Source: Candidatus Anstonellales archaeon | Lineage (GTDB): Archaea > Micrarchaeota > Micrarchaeia > Anstonellales > J096 | NCBI GenBank assembly: GCA_038740615.1 | Contig: JAVYLQ010000004.1 | Span: forward strand, 1-38,269 | DNA: 38,269 nucleotides | Reading direction: 5' to 3' | Program-made: the position numbers and the translations under genes | Shown: one piece after another, positions 20,573-30,012 of the stretch | Position numbering within the stretch: position 1 is the stretch's first letter | Layout: the number at the start of each line of letters is the position of its first letter | The notes under the pieces: model-generated | The model's database searches: none | What the model was told of the DNA's origin: nothing | What the model saw: only the letters and a program-made list of their open reading frames with translations

Positions 20573-21763
20573 ATGGCATTCTTTTCTGAAACTTCTCAAA
20601 CACCAGATGTAAATAAGGAAAGGGCACTCTACCTCGAACCTATGGCACAATCCCCTGGAGAATTAAATGTGAATGGGGCAAAGATAAGATTTATTAAGCA
20701 GAAAGATGGAGTTTTTGTTGAATTGCCGGATGGTCAGAAAATTCAGATGAAAGAAGGGGATGTGTTGGTTGTATCTAAAGATGGAAAATATACTGTGATA
20801 AGACCTGAGAACAGAGAAGAAGTGATCTCTAGATTGTTGGAGAATGGATATTCTGTAATGATGTGGCATAGAAATGAGCTGTATCGAGTAAGTTTCGATA
20901 AGGATACTAACAGGGCTGTTGCAAAGCTGAATGGAAATAACGTTGAAAACCTTACTGCAGGTGTAAGAAAAAACGAGGATGCATACCAAAAATGGAGAGA
21001 AGGAGAAAGAGATAGTGTAAGGTTGAAAGATGTGAGAGAAGAATATAGAAAACTCTCATTTGATCAGAGGCGTAATCTATTCGAAACTGCTAGAAAAATA
21101 ACCCTGGGGAAATCTGAGATGAGTGAGGAGCAGAGAAAAATATTGGAAAGTCTGAGAGAGGATATTGCAAAATTAAGATCGTTAGGGTTGTCTGAGCAGG
21201 AAATCTTGAATAGGTACTTTGGCTCTGAACATGGTAAGATTATATATGATCTATATACCATGCAGAAAAAGTTATATGGGGAGAAAAAATACGATTTTGA
21301 CACCTATGTGGCAGCACTGTTGATGTCTCTAGGTGCTAAAACAACAAACAACCATAATCAAAATACTTCAACACAAGCCTCGCATGAGTCTCAAGATCAA
21401 GTAGTTGCAACTTTAAATAGAGAGGGAAAAGCCACCGTAAATATTGATGGGGTGGAGATATCTATTAGCTATGTTAAAGATGGAAATGGAAATGCCATAC
21501 ATCTAACTGATGGAAAAACATCTCATATCATCTATTCTCCAGAATTAAATCTAGGTTTCTACTCTTCCATACCCGATCTAAATCAGAATCCGGCTGTTTA
21601 TGCATTAAAGGTTGAAAATGGTACTATTAGAATATTTGATCCGAGATATGATAAAAGTTCTCAAGGAGCATACTTAATAATCCCTCACCCTAATGGTACT
21701 ATAACTTTCTTAAAAATAAAAGAACCGGTAACTAATTTAAATAGAAACAACTATTTTAGTTAA
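20573..21763 (+). CDS. Hypothetical protein, paralogue of 21765-23312
   Basis: 396-aa ORF; N-terminal domain aligns by eye with the next ORF. Confidence 0.75.
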   Translation: MAFFSETSQTPDVNKERALYLEPMAQSPGELNVNGAKIRFIKQKDGVFVELPDGQKIQMKEGDVLVVSKDGKYTVIRPENREEVISRLLENGYSVMMWHRNELYRVSFDKDTNRAVAKLNGNNVENLTAGVRKNEDAYQKWREGERDSVRLKDVREEYRKLSFDQRRNLFETARKITLGKSEMSEEQRKILESLREDIAKLRSLGLSEQEILNRYFGSEHGKIIYDLYTMQKKLYGEKKYDFDTYVAALLMSLGAKTTNNHNQNTSTQASHESQDQVVATLNREGKATVNIDGVEISISYVKDGNGNAIHLTDGKTSHIIYSPELNLGFYSSIPDLNQNPAVYALKVENGTIRIFDPRYDKSSQGAYLIIPHPNGTITFLKIKEPVTNLNRNNYFS

Positions 21764-21764
21764 T

Positions 21765-23312
21765 ATGCAAGCTGTATTAGAACAAAAAGTAGATAAAGAA
21801 TTGGTTTGGTTAAGTGAGGTGCAAAGATTGAGTTTAGATCAATTAAAAAAGCTTGATGCTAAAGATGGAAAATTAGATGGTGTTATTTCCTTAGAGATTG
21901 AGTTAGGTAGTAGAACATATAATATAAAACTTAGTTACAATGAAAAAGGGGAAATCCATTTAGTTATGAATGATGGACAGCGTGTAAAGATAGAGCAAGG
22001 GGACATAATTGCTATAAATGGAGATACGGGTAGGTATACTCTAATAAAGCCAGTTGATCCAAAGATATCCCCTGCCCAGACTATCCATAATCTCATGGGT
22101 AAAGAATGGCACGCTCTATGCTTTTATAATGGTGCGCTTCATCATAGTTTTCTAAATCCAGGAGCAGCTATTGCTAGAGCTAATGGAAATTTTGAACGTC
22201 TGAAACAACTTAAAGGCGGAGAGTTAAGGAATTTTGAGCTTAAGATTGGCGATAGACCTGTTGGATATGCTGATTGGAGAGCTCAGGAGAGAAGCATACC
22301 TCAAAGTCAGGAAAACGGGCAAATGGAAGAGAAGGTAATTGAAAATAAGAATCCTCCTAATATATTTTATAATAGTAAAGAGCTCAATAATCAACAGGTA
22401 AAATATGTGGATCAGTCAAAGACTCAGCAAGAATCTAGATCTACTGATTCTACATCCCTTAACACGGGCACATCTTTCAAGCCAGAAACCCAACAAGAAG
22501 CTAGATATAATAATAATTCAGAGAGTTCTATGGCTGATAATAATTCAAATATAGCAGGGAGAAGAGGAGAATGGAGTAGTTATGGTGAGGAAAGAGAAGA
22601 ATATCCTCCATTATCTAACCAGACCCCATCTTCTAATCAAGCCGTAAGTTCGGAGCAAGTGAGTAGTGGAAATTCTGCAACTACTAAAAAGCTCGATATC
22701 CAACAAGATAAAACTACGAATGATCAATTGCATGATATTACAGGATCTAAATATCAAGCTAATCTTTTAGAAAGTGCCTATCATGCATTATCTAGGAGAT
22801 ATCCAGAATTAACATTCGAGGCTTATATTGAATTGGTAAAGAAACATTTTAGTGATCCTAACAACAATTTTGTAGATAGTTACAGAGCTTTGATGAAAGA
22901 GGTTTATGAGAAATTTGGTAAGAAAGAAACAGTTGAAGAGAGGAGTGGAACTAGTGATCAGAATAATTTAACAAATCCTACCCAGAATTCCTCTGGATCT
23001 GAGACCAGAGACGATTCCGTAGTGCTGACTCCAGGTAAATCTGTAATACACCGTGGAATAAATTATACTTTAAATAGTAGTAATGAATTAGAAATCCAAT
23101 ACATGGGATCGGAAGTTAAACTCCCTCTACCATCAGAGGGCTCAGAGGAATTCATAGTTTATATAGATCCTTTAGGAGGGCTTAAAGTAGTACCATATCA
23201 ATCTATGTCCATAGGATCTTCTTTTAGAACAGAGAGTTTACCTGAAGAATACACTAAGATCACATTAACTCCGTATGGTGTTTTCATAGAGAGAAAGAGA
23301 AAACAGGGTTAA
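21765..23312 (+). CDS. Hypothetical protein with long S/N/Q/T-rich linker, paralogue of 20573-21763
   Basis: 515-aa ORF; shared DGQ(K/R)..(E/Q)GD..G(K/R)YT.I(R/K)P and NGN..Y..WR..ER blocks. Confidence 0.75.
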   Translation: MQAVLEQKVDKELVWLSEVQRLSLDQLKKLDAKDGKLDGVISLEIELGSRTYNIKLSYNEKGEIHLVMNDGQRVKIEQGDIIAINGDTGRYTLIKPVDPKISPAQTIHNLMGKEWHALCFYNGALHHSFLNPGAAIARANGNFERLKQLKGGELRNFELKIGDRPVGYADWRAQERSIPQSQENGQMEEKVIENKNPPNIFYNSKELNNQQVKYVDQSKTQQESRSTDSTSLNTGTSFKPETQQEARYNNNSESSMADNNSNIAGRRGEWSSYGEEREEYPPLSNQTPSSNQAVSSEQVSSGNSATTKKLDIQQDKTTNDQLHDITGSKYQANLLESAYHALSRRYPELTFEAYIELVKKHFSDPNNNFVDSYRALMKEVYEKFGKKETVEERSGTSDQNNLTNPTQNSSGSETRDDSVVLTPGKSVIHRGINYTLNSSNELEIQYMGSEVKLPLPSEGSEEFIVYIDPLGGLKVVPYQSMSIGSSFRTESLPEEYTKITLTPYGVFIERKRKQG

Positions 23313-23360
23313 AAATCGTCTCATTAAATTATTTAAAATTTTTGTTTAGCTAATTTAAAT

Positions 23361-24008
23361 ATGAGAGTTAGATTTCTGGGCCATTCTGCAGTATATATCG
23401 AATCAGATTCAAAGAGATTAATTATAGACCCTTGGATCAGAAACAACCCAAAAGCATTGATAAGTTTTGAGCAGCTCTATAATCTGGATTTGGATTATAT
23501 ATTAGTTACTCATGGACATTTTGATCATGGGTTAGAAGATGGGATAGATGTATCAAAAAATACAGGAGCGAAGATAGTAGGCCATGTGGAAATGATGCAA
23601 TATGCAGGAGAAAAGGGTGCCTCCACTATACCAATGAACATCGGAGGTTATATCCGGGATGGTAATCTAACAATCCACATGTTTCAAGCATATCATACAT
23701 GTCCATACGGAGTTCCAACCAGCTTTGTAGTATCCGATGGTAAAACTAGTATATTCCATGCAGGTGATACAGGATTAACAAGAGATTTTGAGATTGTTGC
23801 TATGAAGTATAAATTGGATTTAGCAATATTACCGATAGGTGGAAGATTCACTATGAGTTATGAAGATGTGGATATAGCTAAACAGATGCTAAAGGCTAGG
23901 AGATATGTGGGGATTCACTATGATACTTTCCCTCTAATAACAATAGACAAGAATATAGCGGAGAAAGAAATAGAGCTCTATGAAAGAACAAAAGAGATAG
24001 ATATTTAA
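23361..24008 (+). CDS. Metal-dependent hydrolase, metallo-beta-lactamase fold (UPF0173-like)
   Basis: LGHS, IDPW, THGHFDH, HAGDT, LPIGG.FTM, HY.TFP. Confidence 0.9.
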   Translation: MRVRFLGHSAVYIESDSKRLIIDPWIRNNPKALISFEQLYNLDLDYILVTHGHFDHGLEDGIDVSKNTGAKIVGHVEMMQYAGEKGASTIPMNIGGYIRDGNLTIHMFQAYHTCPYGVPTSFVVSDGKTSIFHAGDTGLTRDFEIVAMKYKLDLAILPIGGRFTMSYEDVDIAKQMLKARRYVGIHYDTFPLITIDKNIAEKEIELYERTKEIDI

Positions 24009-24030
24009 ATCTATTTAAGATAATATGATT

Positions 24031-24996
24031 ATGGACTTTCTATTCTGGTTATTCGTAGCCGCAATAATAGCAATTATCCTATTCCGACCAATAGTAGTGA
24101 TCAATCAATCTCAGGTAGGATTGCTGATAAGATTAGGAAAATACAGTGGAAAATTAGGTCCAGGAGTGCATATTGTTATGCCTATAATAGAATATGTGAT
24201 GATAGTAGATTTAAGAGAATCTCTGATAGACGTTAAACCCCAAGAGGTGATAACTAAAGATAATGTAAACGTTGTCGTAGATGCTGTTGTTTACTATCAG
24301 ATAATAGACCCAGAAAAGGCAGTATTTGGTGTTACTGACGTTATTCTAGCAATATCTCAATTGGCACAGACTACACTAAGAGCTAGAATAGGAGAATTAG
24401 AATTGGATCAGCTTCTATCAGCAAGAGAAACCTTGAATGCAAGAATGAGAGAGACTTTAGATGTTGAAACTGATAAGTGGGGAGTGAAGATAACCAAAGT
24501 AGAGGTTAAGAGAATAGATCCTCCTCCTAGAATTCAAGAAGCTATGGCACAGCAGATGACGGCAGAGAGAGAGAAGAGAGCTAAGATAACTCTTGCAGAG
24601 GCAGATAGACAGGACGCAATCCTAAGAGCAGAGGGATACAAACAATCCAATATCCTCAAAGCTGAGGGAGATGCTAGATCCAATGTGCTTAGGGCAGAAG
24701 CAGAAGCAAAGGCATACGTATTGAAGATGGAAGCAGAGGCAAAAGGAATTGAATTGAAAGCTAATGCTGAAGCACAGGCAAAAATTATACTAGGAGAGAG
24801 TGAAGCAAGAGTACTGAAAATGATAAGAGAGGAACTCAGTAAGAGCGGAGCTAAGGAATTGTTATTGTATACATATTATAATAACCTACCAAAGCTAGCT
24901 CAGGGTGGTAAATCTATAGTTGTTCCATACGAATCTGCTCAACAGATCAGTTCTCTGATATTAGCATCAGAATATTTGAAGCAGGATAAGGAATAG
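24031..24996 (+). CDS. SPFH / band-7 (stomatin/QmcA-like) membrane protein
   Basis: N-terminal TM, RLGKY..PG, Q.VITKDNV, AQTTLR, WGVK, AM..QM.AER, AEG/AEA repeats; ATG 24031 or 24025. Confidence 0.93.
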   Translation: MDFLFWLFVAAIIAIILFRPIVVINQSQVGLLIRLGKYSGKLGPGVHIVMPIIEYVMIVDLRESLIDVKPQEVITKDNVNVVVDAVVYYQIIDPEKAVFGVTDVILAISQLAQTTLRARIGELELDQLLSARETLNARMRETLDVETDKWGVKITKVEVKRIDPPPRIQEAMAQQMTAEREKRAKITLAEADRQDAILRAEGYKQSNILKAEGDARSNVLRAEAEAKAYVLKMEAEAKGIELKANAEAQAKIILGESEARVLKMIREELSKSGAKELLLYTYYNNLPKLAQGGKSIVVPYESAQQISSLILASEYLKQDKE

Positions 24997-25440
24997 ATGT
25001 TTGAGTTCATCTTTCTTTTTATAGCATTTTTGATCCTTTTAATAGATATATTTATATTACAAACTATATTCATTTCTTTTATCGCAATATGGATGATATC
25101 TTCTTCTATAGTATATTTCTTACTAAGCTTTGTCCCACTTACATTTAATCTTCATTTTGGGATCTCTCTCGTCTTAGGGATGGTACCTGCGTATCTGTAC
25201 TATCAAACCATTAAATCCAAGTATGGTGGAAAGGTCGTTACTGAGGTGAGTTTTGACGAGAAGAAGTTGTTTGGTTTGAGATCAGATAGGGCCAAAGTTA
25301 AGCGAAAGATTGATGATAATAGATATTTAGTCGATGTAGACGGATTGGAATGGACAGCAATCTCAGAAGAACCTCTGAATGAAGGTGAAATAGTTAAAAT
25401 CTATGATATAGAGGGGGCTATTCTAAAGGTTAGAAAATGA
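24997..25440 (+). CDS. NfeD-family protein (short form)
   Basis: N-terminal TMs plus OB-fold V.VDG.EW.A..GE.V.I...G..L.V; typical SPFH partner. Confidence 0.85.
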   Translation: MFEFIFLFIAFLILLIDIFILQTIFISFIAIWMISSSIVYFLLSFVPLTFNLHFGISLVLGMVPAYLYYQTIKSKYGGKVVTEVSFDEKKLFGLRSDRAKVKRKIDDNRYLVDVDGLEWTAISEEPLNEGEIVKIYDIEGAILKVRK

Positions 25441-26114
25441 TCTATACTGTACTAATTCTAATTCCAATTTTCGGTATCATTGCGTCTCTATATCTATTAA
25501 AACCAAATCTGATACTAAGACAATTTATTGGAGCTACTGTTATAAATGCTATTATATTCTTAACTATAGACACATTTCTAACTGGCAAATCTTGGTATTT
25601 CAATCAGGATTATATACTTGGATTCTATCTAATTAACTTACCCATAGAGGAAGTTCTATTCTTTCTAGTTATTCCTCCAATAGTCTACATACTATCTCTC
25701 TATCTACCTTCACATATTAGTTACAGATATATTAATATAGGCATTGTACTAGTGGCTATCTTAATCTTATACTCTGCAAAATCAGGGATATATACTGATT
25801 TAATGATAATACTATCTATAATCGGATTGGTTTATTATATAATTTTTGGTGATATGGAAATAGATAGAGCAGTAATATTATCTTATCTATTATTCTTACC
25901 ATATAATTATGTTTTAACATCTGTTCCTATAGTAGTATATATACCCGAAGGATTCTCTAATATTAGATTTATAACTATTCCTGTGGAGGATTTCTTATTC
26001 AATTTCATCATGATGTTAGGATTTGTCGGTGGTTTCAAGATCGCCAGAGAGTTATCAAAGATGTGCGATTCTATACAGATTCTCTCAGATCTGAAGCGCA
26101 GATTAAGTTTATAA
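25437..26114 (+). CDS. Lycopene cyclase domain membrane protein (fused CrtYc/CrtYd-like)
   Basis: Two repeats of the signature: W.F...LG....LPIEEVLFF and Y......IR..TIPVEDFLF. Confidence 0.72.
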   Translation: MIYTVLILIPIFGIIASLYLLKPNLILRQFIGATVINAIIFLTIDTFLTGKSWYFNQDYILGFYLINLPIEEVLFFLVIPPIVYILSLYLPSHISYRYINIGIVLVAILILYSAKSGIYTDLMIILSIIGLVYYIIFGDMEIDRAVILSYLLFLPYNYVLTSVPIVVYIPEGFSNIRFITIPVEDFLFNFIMMLGFVGGFKIARELSKMCDSIQILSDLKRRLSL

Positions 26115-26139
26115 AGATATATGATTACATAATTATATT

Positions 26140-26991
26140 GTGTTAGAACTCATATTTCTGTTATTCATTGGTTATGTTATAAAAAACCATATCGACGCAA
26201 AAACAATATTCAATATTCTGTTCTATCTAGTAATTCCATGTGCAATAATACTACAGTTTAGTGATATCAAGATAACACCAGATCTAGCGTTATTTCCGTT
26301 GTTATATATTATATCTGGACTTCTAATAATTCATGTAATAGAATTTTTAGGAAAGAGAAGCGGTTTTAATAGAGTACAAATAGGGACTGGAATTATAACA
26401 GTACCAATAATTAACGCCGGAGCACTATATAGTATCTCCTATTATTTCTTTGGAGCGGAAGGATTAGTGAAATCAACATTATACACTATTGGTTATATAT
26501 TCCTCATACCCTATTCCATATTCAGAGCTTCAAACTATTCGGTGCACTATTCTAATAGGGAGGATCTAATAATTGGACAAACTATCAAATCTCCAATAAT
26601 AATTTCAATAATAATTGCTATACTTATGAATTATTTAGATATAAAAATAGAGGGGATTTTTAGAGATATGATCGATATGGTTGTAGATATGTTGGTTCCG
26701 CTGAGTATGATGTCAATAGGGGCAACCATTAATCTATCAACTACTGTAAATAGATTTATACTATCTGTATTGGCAATCAGAACGATTCTCCCTGTATTCA
26801 TAATAATTCTATTATATAATCTACACCTTATAGAATATAATGATCTAAAACTATTGATAATAGCAGCACTATCGCCATTAGGGTTCTTTGGACCTATGAT
26901 ATCAAACAGGATAGGTTTAGATGTTGAACTATCTTCGAACCTAGTATTTGTATCAATAATACTATTTCTAATCATTTTCGTATGGATTTAA
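26140..26991 (+). CDS. AEC-family (auxin efflux carrier-like) membrane transporter
   Basis: About 10 TM; ..P..I, N.G, SP.I, PL.M..IG pattern; GTG start. Confidence 0.7.
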   Translation: MLELIFLLFIGYVIKNHIDAKTIFNILFYLVIPCAIILQFSDIKITPDLALFPLLYIISGLLIIHVIEFLGKRSGFNRVQIGTGIITVPIINAGALYSISYYFFGAEGLVKSTLYTIGYIFLIPYSIFRASNYSVHYSNREDLIIGQTIKSPIIISIIIAILMNYLDIKIEGIFRDMIDMVVDMLVPLSMMSIGATINLSTTVNRFILSVLAIRTILPVFIIILLYNLHLIEYNDLKLLIIAALSPLGFFGPMISNRIGLDVELSSNLVFVSIILFLIIFVWI

Positions 26992-27017
26992 AAATCATAT
27001 CTAACTACTAATTAATT

Positions 27018-27878
27018 GTGCTAGAGCTTTTGGTGTTCTTCATAATAGGATATATTCTTAAGAATTTTATGAAAGATAATAGTTCAATTTTTGATCTATT
27101 GTATTTTGTAATTTATCCTGCAGCCATCATATATGGTATGTTAAATATAGAATTTAATCAGAATCTATTGATATTTCCGATAACTTATATCATAATAGGT
27201 ATTATAAATATCCATATTTTTGAGACTTTGGGGAATCTACTATCGATGGAGAAATACAGAATAGGTGCTACAATCCTATCAATTCCAATAGTAAATTCTG
27301 GCGTAGTATATTCGATAGGTTATATACTAGAGGGTGAGAAAGGATTGATCAAGATGGTTGTCTATACTTTAGGAGATCTAATAGTCATTCCATACTCTCA
27401 ACTGATTGCCTCAAAATACGCTGTTAATTCTAGTAAAACTACTGACCTCAGCTCCATACTAATATCCCCTATAAATTTAGCTATTACTATAGGAACCTTA
27501 ATATTCCTACTGAACATTCAAATACCAGAATTTATAGTTCAGATACTCTCCAAGCTCTCCAGCATGATAACTCCTCTAGTTATGATTGGATTGGGTTCAT
27601 CAATAAATACAGAGGGGCTGTTATCCAAAACAACAGTCAGTTTGATTATACTACGAACAGCCATTGCATCAGTTGTTTCTCTGTTGATTGCAATATTATC
27701 TTCTCTTAGTTATTCTGATACCATACTTCTAATGGCCGCATCTATATCATCACTCGGATTCGTTGGAACTGTGATAGCTAGACAGATAGGATTAGATTAT
27801 AGATTTTCCGCAGCATTAGTTTTCATATCTATTATAATCCTATTTCCTATTCTATTTATCATCAACATTCTATGGTAA
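27018..27878 (+). CDS. AEC-family membrane transporter, tandem paralogue
   Basis: Aligns end to end with the previous ORF (MLEL..IGY..KN, PI.N.G, YT.G..IPYS, S.LGF.G..I...IGLD); GTG start. Confidence 0.7.
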   Translation: MLELLVFFIIGYILKNFMKDNSSIFDLLYFVIYPAAIIYGMLNIEFNQNLLIFPITYIIIGIINIHIFETLGNLLSMEKYRIGATILSIPIVNSGVVYSIGYILEGEKGLIKMVVYTLGDLIVIPYSQLIASKYAVNSSKTTDLSSILISPINLAITIGTLIFLLNIQIPEFIVQILSKLSSMITPLVMIGLGSSINTEGLLSKTTVSLIILRTAIASVVSLLIAILSSLSYSDTILLMAASISSLGFVGTVIARQIGLDYRFSAALVFISIIILFPILFIINILW

Positions 27879-28540
27879 TCTTTCTGGTATTTTTCAGCTT
27901 ATTAGTAATGTTTTTAAGTATACACAAATTGTCTGATGACTATTTATCTATAGCGGATATCACCAGAATCAGATCTTGTATGTTGATTCACGAGAAAAAC
28001 TTCATAGCAAATCTTCTAAACATCAGCACAGATATATATGAATTACATCTAGCTCTAAAAACTATATCTAGTTCATCCCATAATCCACTGGTTAGATTAA
28101 TTGCTGAAGAACTAGACAACAGACTGAAAAAAGAATATCCGAAGATCATATCTATTTATATTAAATCATATCGGCACAATGATAAGTGTATAGGTAGCAA
28201 TCATAGAGTATTAATTATCCCAATAACCTCACTCATATCAATAGATAGTATCAGATTCACAGACGGGTATATAAGATATATCGGAGAAGGTTCTCTTGCC
28301 AACCCATATATTCTAGAATCAATAGTCGAAATAGACTTTGACAATGGAAATCTGTGCATATCTTGCAAACCTGGTAGGTTTATAGTTCTGGGAGAATTAA
28401 CTGATAGGGAGATGGGATATTTTAAGATACTTGAAGGTAAATTTAATCTATCCTCAGAATGTATTCATAGATCCAACAGAGCTCTGGATATACTTGATGA
28501 TGTGCTAGAGATACAGGGTTATTTAAACTTCTGTGAATAG
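27872..28540 (+). CDS. Hypothetical protein with N-terminal signal / TM segment
   Basis: Hydrophobic N-terminus; several Cys; no motif recognised. Confidence 0.6.
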   Translation: MVIFLVFFSLLVMFLSIHKLSDDYLSIADITRIRSCMLIHEKNFIANLLNISTDIYELHLALKTISSSSHNPLVRLIAEELDNRLKKEYPKIISIYIKSYRHNDKCIGSNHRVLIIPITSLISIDSIRFTDGYIRYIGEGSLANPYILESIVEIDFDNGNLCISCKPGRFIVLGELTDREMGYFKILEGKFNLSSECIHRSNRALDILDDVLEIQGYLNFCE

Positions 28541-29463
28541 TGGGCAGCATTATAACCAGCTACTGCCCCTTCTGCTATAGCGTTTACTAGCTGTTTGAAG
28601 GAACCATATCTGATGTCTCCTGCTGCAAATACTCCTTCTAGATTTGTTCTAAACTCCTCGTCAGTAACAATATATCCATCTTTAAGTTCCACTCTCCCTT
28701 CAACCAGCTCTGTATTAGGTTTATACCCTATGAAAATGAATACACCATCCACATCCAAATCTCTTATCTCTCCGGTAATCAGATTTTTGATTTTAACCCC
28801 CTCTAGATTTTCCCCGCCATAAATCTCATCAACAACACTATTCAGTATAAACTCAACGTTAGATCTCTTTCTTAATTCATCGATATTTGCCTGTTCTGCT
28901 CTGAAAGTATCCCTCCTATGCACTAAATACAATTTCCTAACTATATTAGAAAGATATATACTCTCCTTAACCGCAGAATCTCCTCCCCCTACAACTACCA
29001 CATCTCTATCTTTAAAGAAAGGTCCGTCACATATAGCACAAGTGGAAACTCCTTTACCAAAATATCTTTCCTCGCCTGGAACCCCAAGTGTCTTCGGCTT
29101 TACACCCATAGTAAGAACGATTGCTCTTGCCTCAAAAATGTAATCAGCAGCATATACTCTTTTAATATCTGATTCTAACTCCAATCTGGTTACAGGCGTA
29201 AACTCAAGTATATCTACCCCTATTCGTATCATATGATCTTTGTATCTTTTAGCTAGTTCAGATCCTGATATACTAGGCAAGCCGGGATAGTTATCAACCA
29301 ACCATGTACTAGCGATATTCCCTCCAATTCCTTTCCCATCTATCACAAGGGTTTTGGCCCCAGATCTTTTAGCATATATACTAGCGCCCACTCCAGCGGG
29401 GCCTCCTCCAATTACAATCACATCGTAGTATTTTGAATATTCAGTCTTTCTAAACCCAAACAT
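28519..29463 (-). CDS. trxB: Thioredoxin-disulfide reductase
   Basis: GGGPAG, NYPG, CAICDG redox motif, GGGDSA, HRRD, AAGD. Confidence 0.95.
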   Translation of the reverse strand: MFGFRKTEYSKYYDVIVIGGGPAGVGASIYAKRSGAKTLVIDGKGIGGNIASTWLVDNYPGLPSISGSELAKRYKDHMIRIGVDILEFTPVTRLELESDIKRVYAADYIFEARAIVLTMGVKPKTLGVPGEERYFGKGVSTCAICDGPFFKDRDVVVVGGGDSAVKESIYLSNIVRKLYLVHRRDTFRAEQANIDELRKRSNVEFILNSVVDEIYGGENLEGVKIKNLITGEIRDLDVDGVFIFIGYKPNTELVEGRVELKDGYIVTDEEFRTNLEGVFAAGDIRYGSFKQLVNAIAEGAVAGYNAAHYSQKFK

Positions 29464-29514
29464 ACCAATTCCTTTTATGGCAGATTTTTAAAAATTAACT
29501 ATTGATTAAAATTC

Positions 29515-30012
29515 ATGGAAGTTTATTTAATACTATTGAAAGTGTTGTCTAATCTTATCTATGGGATATTCACTCTGATGATATCAATAAGAGTTTTCGA
29601 CGCATTAACCAAGGAGATCAATGAAATAGATGAAATTAAACGGAAGAATATAAGCGTAGGAATAGTACTCTCAGGTATAATAATCTCCATGAGTATAATG
29701 ATTGCGGATGTACTGAAAGATTCTTACATCCCCGATACCATAGAGGAGTTTATACTAACTACACTATTTGATATTTTCAGATATTTGTTTAGCATAATTG
29801 TGGGAATATCAATAATATTTATCAGCTATAATATGTTTAGAATATTGAATGCTAAGAGATTTAATACAATACTAGAGCTAAAGAATGGTAATATCGCTGT
29901 AGCTTTGCTCCTAACTGTTTACTTCATCGCCCTGATGCTAATAATAACTCCCGCTCTCAAGACACTATTCAATGTGATTATTAGTTATAACCTAAAAGTG
30001 GTAATTCCATGA
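29515..30012 (+). CDS. DUF350-like membrane protein (two internal repeats)
   Basis: EI.R.NISVG and EL.NGNIAVA repeats between TM helices. Confidence 0.7.
   Translation: MEVYLILLKVLSNLIYGIFTLMISIRVFDALTKEINEIDEIKRKNISVGIVLSGIIISMSIMIADVLKDSYIPDTIEEFILTTLFDIFRYLFSIIVGISIIFISYNMFRILNAKRFNTILELKNGNIAVALLLTVYFIALMLIITPALKTLFNVIISYNLKVVIP

Noticed and set aside
19692..23360. Integrated mobile element at tRNA-Ser
   Set aside because: No integrase and no repeat of the tRNA 3' half found by eye; kept only as a low-interest variable block.
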